From Acidimicrobiales bacterium (GTDB lineage Bacteria > Actinomycetota > Acidimicrobiia > Acidimicrobiales > VFJN01), in the NCBI GenBank assembly GCA_036275535.1, contig DASUDP010000118.1, positions 11,612-75,611 of the forward strand: DNA of 64,000 nucleotides, written 5' to 3'. Positions within the stretch are counted from its first letter, which is position 1. Every line of letters starts with the position of its first letter. The translations under genes were made by a program, and so were the position numbers. This document shows positions 56,110 through 64,000 of this stretch, one piece after another. The notes under the pieces are model-generated. The model did no database searches, was not told the origin of the DNA, and saw only the letters and a list, made by a program, of their open reading frames with translations.

Positions 56110-56139
56110 CCGGCCGGGGACGCTCGCGTCCCCGGCCGG
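56110..56139 (+). terminator. Stem-loop in the ahpC-ahpF spacer (possible partial terminator/attenuator)
   Basis: ccggccggggac / gtccccggccgg, a 12-bp perfect stem with a 6-nt loop, 23 nt after the ahpC stop and 30 nt before the ahpF start. Confidence 0.5.
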
Positions 56140-56168
56140 TCCACCTCGCACCCCGGAGAGACCCCCCC

Positions 56169-57755
56169 ATGCTCGACGCCTCCCTCGCCTCCCAGCTGCA
56201 GACCCACCTCGAGAAGGTCACCCAGCCCGTCGAGCTGGTGGCCACCCTCGACGACTCGGCCAAGTCCGCCGAGCTGCGCGAGCTCCTCGAGCAGATCGCC
56301 GGGATGTCGTCGCTCATCACCTTCCGGGCCGACGGTGACGCCGCCCGGCGCCCCTCCTTCAAGGTCGTGCGCACCGGGACCGCCATCGACGTGACCTTCG
56401 CCGGGATCCCTCTCGGCCACGAGTTCACCTCGCTGGTGCTCACGCTCCTGTGGGTCGGCGGCCACCCGCCCAAGGTCGACCCCGAAGTGGCTGACCAGAT
56501 CAAGGCCCTCGACGGCGACTTCGCCTTCCAGACGTACATGTCGCTGTCGTGCCAGAACTGCCCCGACGTCGTGCAGGCTCTCAACCTCATGAGCGTGCTC
56601 AACCCGCGCATCACCCACGTCGCCATCGACGGCGCCCTCTTCCAGGACGAGGTCGACGAGCGCAAGGTCATGGCCGTGCCGACCGTCTTCCTGAACGGCG
56701 AGCCGTTCGAACAGGGCCGCATGACCGTCGAGCAGATCGTGGCCAAGCTCGACACCGGTGCCGCCGATCGGGCGGCCGCCAAGATCGCCGAGAAGGACGC
56801 CTTCGACGTCCTCGTGGTCGGCGGTGGCCCGGCCGGAGCGGCAGCCGCCATCTACGCCGCCCGCAAGGGCATCCGCACCGGCATCGCCGCGGAGCGCTTC
56901 GGCGGCCAGGTGCTCGACACGATGGCCATCGAGAACTTCGTGTCCGTCTCCCACACCGAGGGCCCCAAGCTGGCCACCGCGCTGGAGGAGCACGTCAAGG
57001 ACTACGACGTCGACATCATGAACCTGCAGCGCGCGGTGCGGCTGGTGCCGGCCGCCGAGCCCGGCGGGCTCCACACCGTCGAGCTCGAGAGCGGCGCCTC
57101 CCTCCGGAGCCGCACGGTGATCCTCTCCACCGGCGCCCGCTGGCGCACCATGGGCGTGCCGGGCGAGGAGGAGCACCGCAACAAGGGCGTGACCTTCTGC
57201 CCGCACTGTGACGGCCCGCTGTTCAAGGGCAAGCGCGTCGCGGTGATCGGCGGCGGCAACTCCGGCGTCGAGGCGGCCATCGACCTGGCCGGCGTGGTCG
57301 GGCACGTCACGCTCCTCGAGTTCGACCCGCAGCTGCGGGCCGACGAGGTGCTGCGGCGCAAGCTCCGAAGCCTCCCCAACGTCGACATCATCACCAGCGC
57401 CCTGACGACCGAGGTGCTCGACGCCGACGGCCAGGTGGCCGGGCTCCGGTACACCGACCGCACCACCGACGAGTCCCACGAGGTCGAGCTCGAGGGCATC
57501 TTCGTGCAGATCGGCCTGCTGCCCAACACCGAGTGGCTGCGGGACGCGGTCGAGCTCTCCCCTCGGGGGGAGGTGGTCATCGACGACCGCGGGCAGACCT
57601 CCGCGCCTGGCGTGTTCGCCGCCGGCGACTGCACCACCGTCCCCTACAACCAGATCGTCATCGCGATGGGGGCCGGGGCGACCGCTTCGCTCAGCGCCTT
57701 CGACCACCTCATCCGCACCTCGGCCCCGGCCGAGCAGGGCGAGCTGGTCGCCTGA
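56169..57755 (+). CDS. ahpF: Alkyl hydroperoxide reductase subunit F
   Basis: N-terminal double thioredoxin fold with 'SCQNCPDVV'. FAD/NADH domain with '[19 protein letters not shown]', redox centre '[10 protein letters not shown]', '[16 protein letters not shown]' and 'FAAGDCT'. Confidence 0.95.
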   Translation: MLDASLASQLQTHLEKVTQPVELVATLDDSAKSAELRELLEQIAGMSSLITFRADGDAARRPSFKVVRTGTAIDVTFAGIPLGHEFTSLVLTLLWVGGHPPKVDPEVADQIKALDGDFAFQTYMSLSCQNCPDVVQALNLMSVLNPRITHVAIDGALFQDEVDERKVMAVPTVFLNGEPFEQGRMTVEQIVAKLDTGAADRAAAKIAEKDAFDVLVVGGGPAGAAAAIYAARKGIRTGIAAERFGGQVLDTMAIENFVSVSHTEGPKLATALEEHVKDYDVDIMNLQRAVRLVPAAEPGGLHTVELESGASLRSRTVILSTGARWRTMGVPGEEEHRNKGVTFCPHCDGPLFKGKRVAVIGGGNSGVEAAIDLAGVVGHVTLLEFDPQLRADEVLRRKLRSLPNVDIITSALTTEVLDADGQVAGLRYTDRTTDESHEVELEGIFVQIGLLPNTEWLRDAVELSPRGEVVIDDRGQTSAPGVFAAGDCTTVPYNQIVIAMGAGATASLSAFDHLIRTSAPAEQGELVA

Positions 57756-57756
57756 G

Positions 57757-58677
57757 TTGAACCTGCGGGACCTCCGCTACCTGGTGGCGGTGGCCGACCA
57801 CCGGCACTTCGGCCGAGCGGCGGAGGCCTGCTTCGTGAGCCAGCCGACGCTGTCCACGCAGATCAAGAAGCTGGAGGAGGAGCTCGGCGTCGAGCTCGTC
57901 GAGCGCAACCCGCGGCACATCATGCTGACGGCGGTCGGTGAGCAGGTCGTCGAGCGGGCTCGGGAGGTGCTGCGGGAGGCCGACAGCATCCGCGAGATCG
58001 CCCGTCGCTCGGCCGATCCGGAGGCGGGCTCGCTGCGGCTCGGGATCTTCCCCACCCTCGGGCCCTACCTCCTCCCCCACGTCGTCCCCGAGATCCGGAA
58101 GCGGTTCCCGCACCTCGAGCTGCTGCTCGTGGAGGAGAAGACCGAGGAGATCGTCCGGCGCCTGCGGGCGGGCTCGCTCGACGCCGGGATCCTGGCCCTG
58201 CCCATCCATGACGACCAGCTCCACGAGGAGCCGCTCTTCGAGGAGGACTTCGTGCTGGCCGTCCCCGCCCAGCACCCCCTCGCCCAGCACGAGGGCCCGG
58301 CCACCAGCGCGGTCCTGGCCGGCGAGAGCGTGCTCCTCCTCGATGAGGGCCATTGCCTGCGGGACCAGGCGCTGTCGGTCTGCTCGCTGGCGGGGGCCAA
58401 GGAGCGGGCCGGGTTCCGGGCCACCAGCCTCGAGACCCTGCGCCAGATGGTGGCGGCGGGTGTAGGGATCACCCTGCTGCCCGAGCTGTCCGTGCAGCCG
58501 CCCGTGCCCGAGTCCGAGGACATCCGGCTGATCCGCTTCGGGGAGCCGGTCCCCAAGCGCCAGCTGGCCATGTTCTGGCGCCGGACGAGCCCCTACCGCA
58601 GCTTCCTGCCGGAGCTGGCCAAGGTGTTCCGGGGCCTGCCCCCCGAGCTCGTCACCCCGCTCCGCTCAGCCGACTGA
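57757..58677 (+). CDS. oxyR: Hydrogen-peroxide-sensing LysR-family regulator OxyR
   Basis: 'LRDLRYLVAVADHRHFGRAAEACFVSQPTLSTQIKKLEEELG'. Redox Cys pair in 'DEGHCLRDQALSVCSL' (positions equivalent to C199/C208). 'FRATSLETLRQMVAAGVGITLLP'. TTG start 2 nt after the ahpF stop. Confidence 0.9.
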   Translation: MNLRDLRYLVAVADHRHFGRAAEACFVSQPTLSTQIKKLEEELGVELVERNPRHIMLTAVGEQVVERAREVLREADSIREIARRSADPEAGSLRLGIFPTLGPYLLPHVVPEIRKRFPHLELLLVEEKTEEIVRRLRAGSLDAGILALPIHDDQLHEEPLFEEDFVLAVPAQHPLAQHEGPATSAVLAGESVLLLDEGHCLRDQALSVCSLAGAKERAGFRATSLETLRQMVAAGVGITLLPELSVQPPVPESEDIRLIRFGEPVPKRQLAMFWRRTSPYRSFLPELAKVFRGLPPELVTPLRSAD

Positions 58678-58684
58678 ACCGCGC

Positions 58685-59470
58685 TCAGCCGCCGCTGGCG
58701 GAGAAGTGCTGGTAGTCCTGACCCGAGCTCCAGGACCCGCCCCAGCCCCAGCCCTGCCGTGCGAAGGCCCGCACCACGGCGTCGCCGGCCTTGATCATCC
58801 CCGGGTCGTTGCGGGAGCGATCGGCCCAGGGCGCACCCTCGGGCGGGTCGACCGTGCCGCCCTGCACGTACGGGTTGACGAGGGGGTTGATGTCGACGGC
58901 CCGGCCGAGCGCGTGCTGGGAGAGCTTCGAGCTGCCCGCCACCGTGCGGCAGTTGTAGCCACTGGTGTTGTTGGCCCGCATGGAGGCCTGGTCGTCACCG
59001 CCGTACTCAGAGATGGGGACCATGCGCTCGATCGGGAACCGGGCCGCGTACACGTCACGGAAGGCGGCCACCACCCGGTCGGCCTGGGCCGCCTCGACGA
59101 TGACCCGACCCTGGTGCACCTGGCCGTCGTAGCCCCAGTGCGACACGGTCAGGGCGCGCAGCGCCTCGGGCGGCGCGCACCCGGCCACCGCCGGGTCCCA
59201 TGAGGCTCCCAGCTCCTCCGCCGTCACCCCCTCGACGGCGGACTCGAAGGGCGGCGCCGGCGCGGTGGCGGTCGGATGGGCCGTCGGTGTCGGTGCTGCC
59301 GCCGTCGAGGGCACGGCCGTCGGGGCGGGGGCCGAGGTCGTGGTGACGGCGCCGGTGTCGGCGGTGGCCACCGCGTCGCCGCCCTCGGAGCTCGAGCGGA
59401 CGACGACGTAGAGCACGGTGGTCACGAGCAGCGCGGCGGCGAGGCCGACCAGGATGCGGCGCTGCGACAT
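58685..59470 (-). CDS. M15-family (VanY/D-Ala-D-Ala carboxypeptidase-like) peptidase, membrane-anchored
   Basis: N-terminal TM 'ILVGLAAALLVTTVLYVVV', Thr/Ala/Pro linker, zinc-ligand motifs 'SQHALGRAVDI' and 'DYQHF'. Confidence 0.8.
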   Translation of the reverse strand: MSQRRILVGLAAALLVTTVLYVVVRSSSEGGDAVATADTGAVTTTSAPAPTAVPSTAAAPTPTAHPTATAPAPPFESAVEGVTAEELGASWDPAVAGCAPPEALRALTVSHWGYDGQVHQGRVIVEAAQADRVVAAFRDVYAARFPIERMVPISEYGGDDQASMRANNTSGYNCRTVAGSSKLSQHALGRAVDINPLVNPYVQGGTVDPPEGAPWADRSRNDPGMIKAGDAVVRAFARQGWGWGGSWSSGQDYQHFSASGG

Positions 59471-59478
59471 GCCCTGCA

Positions 59479-60165
59479 GTGTTCCACCCGGGCCAAGGGA
59501 CCACACCCACCGCTCGGTTCGCCGGGATGGCGATCGACGTGGAGTGGGTGGCCCTCACCTCGGCCACCGCGAGCCGGGGCGGCCACGGCTCCCACCCCCT
59601 GGGCACCGACCCGGAGCTCGACCTCTTCGCCCGTCCCGTGCCGCTCGACCCCGCCTTCCTGGAGCGCTACCGGGCCGCCCAGGTCGAGCGCAACCACCGG
59701 GTGACCCGCTGGTCCCGCGACGAGCTGCAGCGCCTCTTCCCCGCGGGGGCCTGGGATCGCGTGTTCACCTTCGCCCGTGGGTGGGCCGACCCCCGCTTCG
59801 TCGACCTCGACCTCGACCCGTCGGACCGGCGGCCGGGCTGCTACGCCGGCGACCCGCAGCGGGCCAACCGGGGGCCGTGGAACCTCGGCGTCGCCAGCAC
59901 GCTGCGCACCTGGCCGTCGATGTGGAGCCTCGAGGCCTCGTCGTGCCGGGGCGCCCCCCACCTGGCCCGGGTGACCGTCCCCTCCCTCGTGGTGCAGTCC
60001 CTGGCCGACCGCGGCCTGTTCCCCTCCGACACCCGCGCCATCCACGCCGCTCTCGCCGCCGAGGACCGGACCCTCGAGCTGATCCCGGGCGAGCACTACT
60101 TCGAAGACGGCGGGCGCGCCGAGGTGGCCGACCTCGTCGCCGGCTGGATCACCGCTCGGGCCTGA
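59479..60165 (+). CDS. Alpha/beta-hydrolase-like C-terminal region, apparently lacking the N-terminal core (possible gene remnant)
   Basis: 'VPSLVVQSLADRGLFP' (Asp context) and 'LIPGEHYFE' (His context) resemble the C-terminal third of an alpha/beta hydrolase. No HG oxyanion or GxSxG elbow lies upstream; the M15 gene on the other strand starts 9 nt upstream. Confidence 0.4.
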   Translation: MFHPGQGTTPTARFAGMAIDVEWVALTSATASRGGHGSHPLGTDPELDLFARPVPLDPAFLERYRAAQVERNHRVTRWSRDELQRLFPAGAWDRVFTFARGWADPRFVDLDLDPSDRRPGCYAGDPQRANRGPWNLGVASTLRTWPSMWSLEASSCRGAPHLARVTVPSLVVQSLADRGLFPSDTRAIHAALAAEDRTLELIPGEHYFEDGGRAEVADLVAGWITARA

Positions 60166-60364
60166 TCAGGGCCCGGCCGGGGTCAACGGTCGAAGGCGAT
60201 CAGGGCCCGAGGTCTGGCCGGCCATGGCCATCAGGGCGCCGTCCTCGGACCAGGGCTCGCCCGCGGTGGGCTCGCGCCCGGCCGGCATCGACTCGAAGGC
60301 CCCCACGGCGGCGGTCGTCCGTCCAGCCGTGGTGGTCCCCCGGTGCAGGCCCCGGGGTCATCGC

Positions 60365-61360
60365 TCACCAGGTCACCTCCTCGCATCCCTCGTGGTCCTC
60401 GGGCTCCACCTGCAGGGTGGCGTGCTCGATGCGGTAGCCCTCCCGCAGGACGACCCGGGCCCGGTCGAGCACGCCGTGGTGGTCGGTGCCGGCGGAGACC
60501 ATCAGGTGGGCCGAGACGACCTCCATGTCCGAGGTCAGCGTCCACACGTGCAGGTCGTGGACGTCCACGACGCCCGCCACGCCGGCCAGGTCCGCTTCGA
60601 GGGCCGCCACGTCGAAGCCGGGCGGGGCGGCCTGGACGAGCACCCGCACCGCCTGGGCGCCGAGGCGCCACGTGCGGGGGAGGATCCACAACCCGATGGC
60701 GACGCCGACCGCAGGGTCGACCCACCCCCAGCCGGTGACCTCGTACACCAGGGCGCTGGCGATGACGGCCACCGACCCCACGGTGTCGGCCAGGACCTCG
60801 AGGTAGGCGCCCTCCACGTTGAGCGACTCCTTGGCGCCGTCGCGCAGGAGGGCGAAGGCGACGAGGTTGGCCGCGAGGCCCAGCCCGGCCACGACGAGGA
60901 GGACGCCGCTGGCCACCTCGGGCGGGTCGTCGAGACGCTGGACCGCCTCGACCAGCACGTAGACCGCCACCCCGCAGAGCAGCACGGCGTTGGCGAGGGC
61001 GGCCAGGATCTCGAGGCGGTAGAGCCCGAACGTCTGGTGGGTGCGCTCCCGGCCGCGGCTGGCCAGCCGGATGGCAGCCAGCGCCATGCCGAGGCCGATG
61101 ACGTCGGTGAGCATGTGGCCGGCATCGGAGAGCAGGGCGAGGGAGTGGCTGACCAGCCCGCCGACCACCTCGACCACCATGAACACGACGAGCACGGCGA
61201 ACGCCGCGCGCAGGCGGCCGCGGTGGCGCTCCCCCGCCCGGATCGACCCGTGGCTGTGCACGTGCCCGTGATCGTGCTCAGCGTGGGAGTGCTCGGCCAC
61301 GGCGACGAGTCTGCCCGCTCCGCTGATCCACGGGCCTCGACCACTCCGAACAACGGCCAT
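60365..61360 (-). CDS. Cation diffusion facilitator (CzcD/ZitB-like) metal efflux transporter
   Basis: His-rich N-terminus 'AEHSHAEHDHGHVHSHG', 'HSLALLSDAGHMLTD', 'AYLEVLADTVGSVAVI', and cytoplasmic domain 'VHDLHVWTLTSD'. Start uncertain: ATG 61360 collides with the divergent start. Confidence 0.88.
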   Translation of the reverse strand: MAVVRSGRGPWISGAGRLVAVAEHSHAEHDHGHVHSHGSIRAGERHRGRLRAAFAVLVVFMVVEVVGGLVSHSLALLSDAGHMLTDVIGLGMALAAIRLASRGRERTHQTFGLYRLEILAALANAVLLCGVAVYVLVEAVQRLDDPPEVASGVLLVVAGLGLAANLVAFALLRDGAKESLNVEGAYLEVLADTVGSVAVIASALVYEVTGWGWVDPAVGVAIGLWILPRTWRLGAQAVRVLVQAAPPGFDVAALEADLAGVAGVVDVHDLHVWTLTSDMEVVSAHLMVSAGTDHHGVLDRARVVLREGYRIEHATLQVEPEDHEGCEEVTW

Positions 61361-62222
61361 GCGAACGATGCTGGGGACCACCGGACGACGGGCCCGCGGG
61401 GCCCACCTCCGAGCCGAGTGCGAGGCCAGGTGCGAGCGGCTCGTGGACCGCTCGGCCCTCCTCGACACCGGCGACCTGGACTGGGATGCGGTCGGGCTCC
61501 ACGCCGTCGACGACGGGGTGCTGGCCTGCCTCGTCTACATGCGCGACGTGGAGGGCTTCACCGACCGCGACCTCGTCGGCGTGGTGGCCCACCCGAACAC
61601 GCTGGACGACCCGCTGATCCGGCGCTTCCTCGACGCCTGGCGAGCCGAGGAGGCGGCCCACGCGCGGGCCATCGACCGCTACCTCGCGCGGTACGCCGAG
61701 CGCCGGGGGGTCGCCCTGCCGGAGATGCAGGCCCCGCCAACCGAGATCCCGTCGTCGGAGCGCGTCCTGCTCACCCTCACGCGGCCCATCGGTCACGTGG
61801 TCACGGCCGCCCACATGGTGTGGGGGGCCGCCAACGAGCTCCTCACGATGCACGGCTACCGCCTCCTGGCCCGCCGGTGCGGCGACCCGGTGCTGGCCGA
61901 GCTGCTCACCCGCATCGCCGCCCAGGAGTCCCGCCACTACGGCTTCTACCGGCTCCAGGCCCAGTGGCGACTGGCCGCCAGCCCCCTCGCCCGGCTCGTC
62001 CTCCGTCGGATCATGCGCCGCTCGTGGACACCGGTGGGGATCGGCGAGGGCTACAAGGCGCCGGCCGAGTTCGACCAGGTCCTCGGCTACCTCGCCGTCG
62101 ACGAACGGGGGGCGCAGGCCATCGGGACGATGGACGCCGCCTTCACCCGGCTCCCAGGCTTCGATGGGGTCCGCATCTACGAGCGGGCCGTCACCGAGTC
62201 CCGCACCCGCCTCGCGGCCTGA
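61359..62222 (+). CDS. Ferritin-like diiron-carboxylate protein (acyl-ACP-desaturase-like fold), function unassigned
   Basis: Two ExxH motifs in helical context, 'WRAEEAAHARAI' and 'IAAQESRHYGFY', with upstream acidic residues ('YMRDVEG', 'AANELLT'). Alternative start at ATG 61368. Confidence 0.65.
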   Translation: MRTMLGTTGRRARGAHLRAECEARCERLVDRSALLDTGDLDWDAVGLHAVDDGVLACLVYMRDVEGFTDRDLVGVVAHPNTLDDPLIRRFLDAWRAEEAAHARAIDRYLARYAERRGVALPEMQAPPTEIPSSERVLLTLTRPIGHVVTAAHMVWGAANELLTMHGYRLLARRCGDPVLAELLTRIAAQESRHYGFYRLQAQWRLAASPLARLVLRRIMRRSWTPVGIGEGYKAPAEFDQVLGYLAVDERGAQAIGTMDAAFTRLPGFDGVRIYERAVTESRTRLAA

Positions 62223-62282
62223 GCCCACTGCGTCTGTGGACGTCAAGGCACGGATGGCGCGCGCTGACGTCCAGAGACGTCG

Positions 62283-62570
62283 TCAGGCGGGCGGCGGGGC
62301 GCTGATGGCGGCGCCGAGGTCGAGGCTGGTGACCCCGTCCTTGACGACCTCGACGATCGGTTCGGGCCGGTCGTCGTACTCGAGGCGCAGGGCTCGACCC
62401 ATCACCGCGTGCATCTCGTAGAGGGCCGTGATGTAGGTCAGCTCGAGGATCCGCTCGTCGGAGAGGTGCTCGGCCACCAGGTTGCGCCCGGGCCCGAAGA
62501 GCAGGTCGTACATGGTGGTGACGAGGGGCGGGTTGTCGTCCGAGCGGGAGACCTGACGGAGGCGGGGCAC
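62283..62570 (-). CDS. Short carboxymuconolactone-decarboxylase (CMD/AhpD-like)-family-like protein
   Basis: GTG 62570, 5 nt downstream of the VOC gene stop (62576-62578). 'VPRLRQVSRSDD...' N-terminus and 'LSDERILELTYITALYEMHAVMGRAL' resemble CMD-family helices, but the protein is only 95 aa and no CxxC is present. Confidence 0.4.
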   Translation of the reverse strand: MPRLRQVSRSDDNPPLVTTMYDLLFGPGRNLVAEHLSDERILELTYITALYEMHAVMGRALRLEYDDRPEPIVEVVKDGVTSLDLGAAISAPPPA

Positions 62571-62575
62571 GACGG

Positions 62576-63118
62576 TCAGGCGCGGGCCGCGGCCGTGGCC
62601 GGCTCGTGGGCGACGTCGGCGGGCGTGAAGGCCCGGGTGCTGCAGGCGAGCTCCAGCAGGATGCCGTCGGGGTCCTGGAAGTAGATCGAGCGGACGAACA
62701 CCCCGGGGTGCATCTCCCGGCTGACCCCCCACTCGCTGTCGTCGTGGTTGGCCACCTCGCTGCACTCGATGCCGAGGGCGAGGAGCTTGTCCCGGTACTG
62801 GTCGATCTTCTCCTCCGGCACGGCGAAGGCGACGTGGTTCATCGAGCCGATGGCGCTCGTGAGGTCGCCCTTGTCGGGCCGGGCGGCGGGGGCCGACACC
62901 CCCGGCACCCCCTCGGGCACCTGCGGGAACCAGAAGAAGGCCAGGAGGTCGCCGCCCCCGCAGTCGAAGAAGAAGTGCTGCCCCATGCCGGCCGGCAGCT
63001 CCACCGTCTTGACCAGCGGCATGCCGAGCACGCCCTCGTAGAACTCGACAGTGCGGGCCATGTTGCTTGACACCAGCGCGAGGTGGTTGATGCCACGGAA
63101 CTCGAACGGTGCGCTCAT
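62576..63118 (-). CDS. VOC family protein (glyoxalase/ring-cleavage dioxygenase-like)
   Basis: 'INHLALVSSNMARTVEFYEGVLGMPLV', 'MNHVAFAV', 'SIYFQDPDGILLELA'. Confidence 0.8.
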   Translation of the reverse strand: MSAPFEFRGINHLALVSSNMARTVEFYEGVLGMPLVKTVELPAGMGQHFFFDCGGGDLLAFFWFPQVPEGVPGVSAPAARPDKGDLTSAIGSMNHVAFAVPEEKIDQYRDKLLALGIECSEVANHDDSEWGVSREMHPGVFVRSIYFQDPDGILLELACSTRAFTPADVAHEPATAAARA

Positions 63119-63146
63119 GGCCGCAGCGTATTGGAAACGCCTGTTG

Positions 63147-64000
63147 TCAGCCCTCCGGCTCACCGCTTCCGAAGGCGAGGGCGCCGATGCTGGGGCCGCC
63201 GGGGGCGTAGGCGCCCTCAGGGTCGGCCCGGACCTGCTCGTCGAGGCGGTGGGCGTCGTCGCCCACCAGGATGCGCCAGCGGCCCGCCCGGACGCCGTCG
63301 AGGATGACGGTGGCGGCCTCCGCCGCCGACATCGGCGCGGTGTCCCGGAAGAGCTCACCCACCATGTCCATCATCGAGCGGATGGCGTCGTCGTCCATGG
63401 CGTCGACGGGGACGCCCCGCTTGGCCATGTCGACCCGGGCGGCGGCCACGCCGGCGGCGTCGAGGGGGGCGTCGCCGGTGTGGACCTTGCGGCTGTTGGT
63501 GACGATGTCCGTGCCGATGTGCCCGGGCATCACGACCGAGACCTCGACGTGCGGGGCGTTGATGCGGAGGTCCTCGATGAGCGCCTCCGAGAAGCCCTTC
63601 ACGGCGAACTTCGCCGCGCTGTAGGCCGTGTGGGGCATCCCCGGGGCGAGCATGGCCCAGAACCCGTTCACGCTGCTCGTGTTGACGATGTGGCCGGCGT
63701 CGGCGGCCACCAGCAGCGGCACGAAGGCCCGGCTGCAGTTGTAGACCCCGCCCCAGCAGATCCCGAAGGTGCGGTCCCACACCTCGCGGGGCTCGGTGAG
63801 GAAGCTGCCGCCCCCGCCCACCCCGGCGTTGTTGAAGAGCAGGTGGACGTGGTCGGTCTCGTGCTGGGCCAGGACGTCGTCCCGGAAGCGCTGGACGGAG
63901 GCCTCGTCGCTCACGTCGCACTGGTGGGCGGTGAGACGGACCCCCGCCGGCGCCTCCTTCTCCGCCATCCGCACCGTCTCGGCGGCGGCGTCGGCGTTGA
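63147..64000 (-). CDS. Short-chain dehydrogenase/reductase (SDR), 5' end outside the window
   Basis: 'LFNNAGVGG' (NNAG), 'IVNTSSVNG', catalytic 'YSAAKFAVKG'. The frame stays open to position 64000 ('NADAAAETVRMAEKE...'), so the Rossmann TGxxxGxG segment lies beyond the window. Confidence 0.85.
   Translation of the reverse strand, partial: NADAAAETVRMAEKEAPAGVRLTAHQCDVSDEASVQRFRDDVLAQHETDHVHLLFNNAGVGGGGSFLTEPREVWDRTFGICWGGVYNCSRAFVPLLVAADAGHIVNTSSVNGFWAMLAPGMPHTAYSAAKFAVKGFSEALIEDLRINAPHVEVSVVMPGHIGTDIVTNSRKVHTGDAPLDAAGVAAARVDMAKRGVPVDAMDDDAIRSMMDMVGELFRDTAPMSAAEAATVILDGVRAGRWRILVGDDAHRLDEQVRADPEGAYAPGGPSIGALAFGSGEPEG

Noticed and set aside
55524-57755. Recent horizontal acquisition of ahpCF from Proteobacteria.
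   Set aside because: Despite the strong resemblance to enterobacterial AhpC/AhpF, GC content, GC3 bias and flanking genes are indistinguishable by eye from the rest of the window. No mobility genes flank the block. Only an ancient transfer or vertical inheritance can be argued, and that needs phylogeny.
60166-60364. 199-nt gap checked for a tRNA, small RNA or small ORF.
   Set aside because: No cloverleaf-compatible arms or T-loop-like GTTCGA-type motif, no convincing hairpin, and the only short ORFs are Arg/Gly/Pro-rich. Left unannotated.

Overview
By eye this is a very GC-rich, GC3-dominated, densely coding chromosomal segment. It looks actinobacterial, possibly Acidimicrobiia-like; that is an inference from composition and gene content, not a search result. 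About 60 protein-coding genes are supportable. Many are translationally coupled through ATGA, GTGA or TGATG overlaps. I found no rRNA, tRNA, CRISPR array, transposase, integrase or prophage signature, so this reads as core or housekeeping genome rather than an accessory island.

Recognisable content:
- H+-pyrophosphatase (hppA), a class A penicillin-binding protein (PBP), xseAB, a thiolase, a polyprenyl synthase, alanine dehydrogenase, tdk, a DEAD-box helicase, an ATP-dependent DNA ligase and azlCD.
- A Ugp/Mal-type sugar ABC operon.
- A Liv-type ABC operon with an embedded acyl-CoA ligase.
- A 1326-aa LPXTG-anchored M6 (InhA-like) metalloprotease.
- A collinear ahpC-ahpF-oxyR block.

The pattern I rate most worth follow-up is the repeated association of cyclic-nucleotide-binding (CNB) domains with ABC transporters. 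One CNB domain is fused to the ATPase of an FtsX/MacB-type system. Two stand-alone CNB-only proteins, with no DNA-binding domain, are each transcribed divergently from another ABC operon.

Other points worth a second look:
- A cupredoxin gene whose signature is split across two reading frames.
- A repeat- and hairpin-rich intergenic region at about 20.03-20.29 kb.
- A coupled alpha/beta-hydrolase pair in which one member has Gly in place of the nucleophile Ser.
- Candidate OxyR operators upstream of ahpC.

All functional calls rest on motif recognition by eye. No database search was run.
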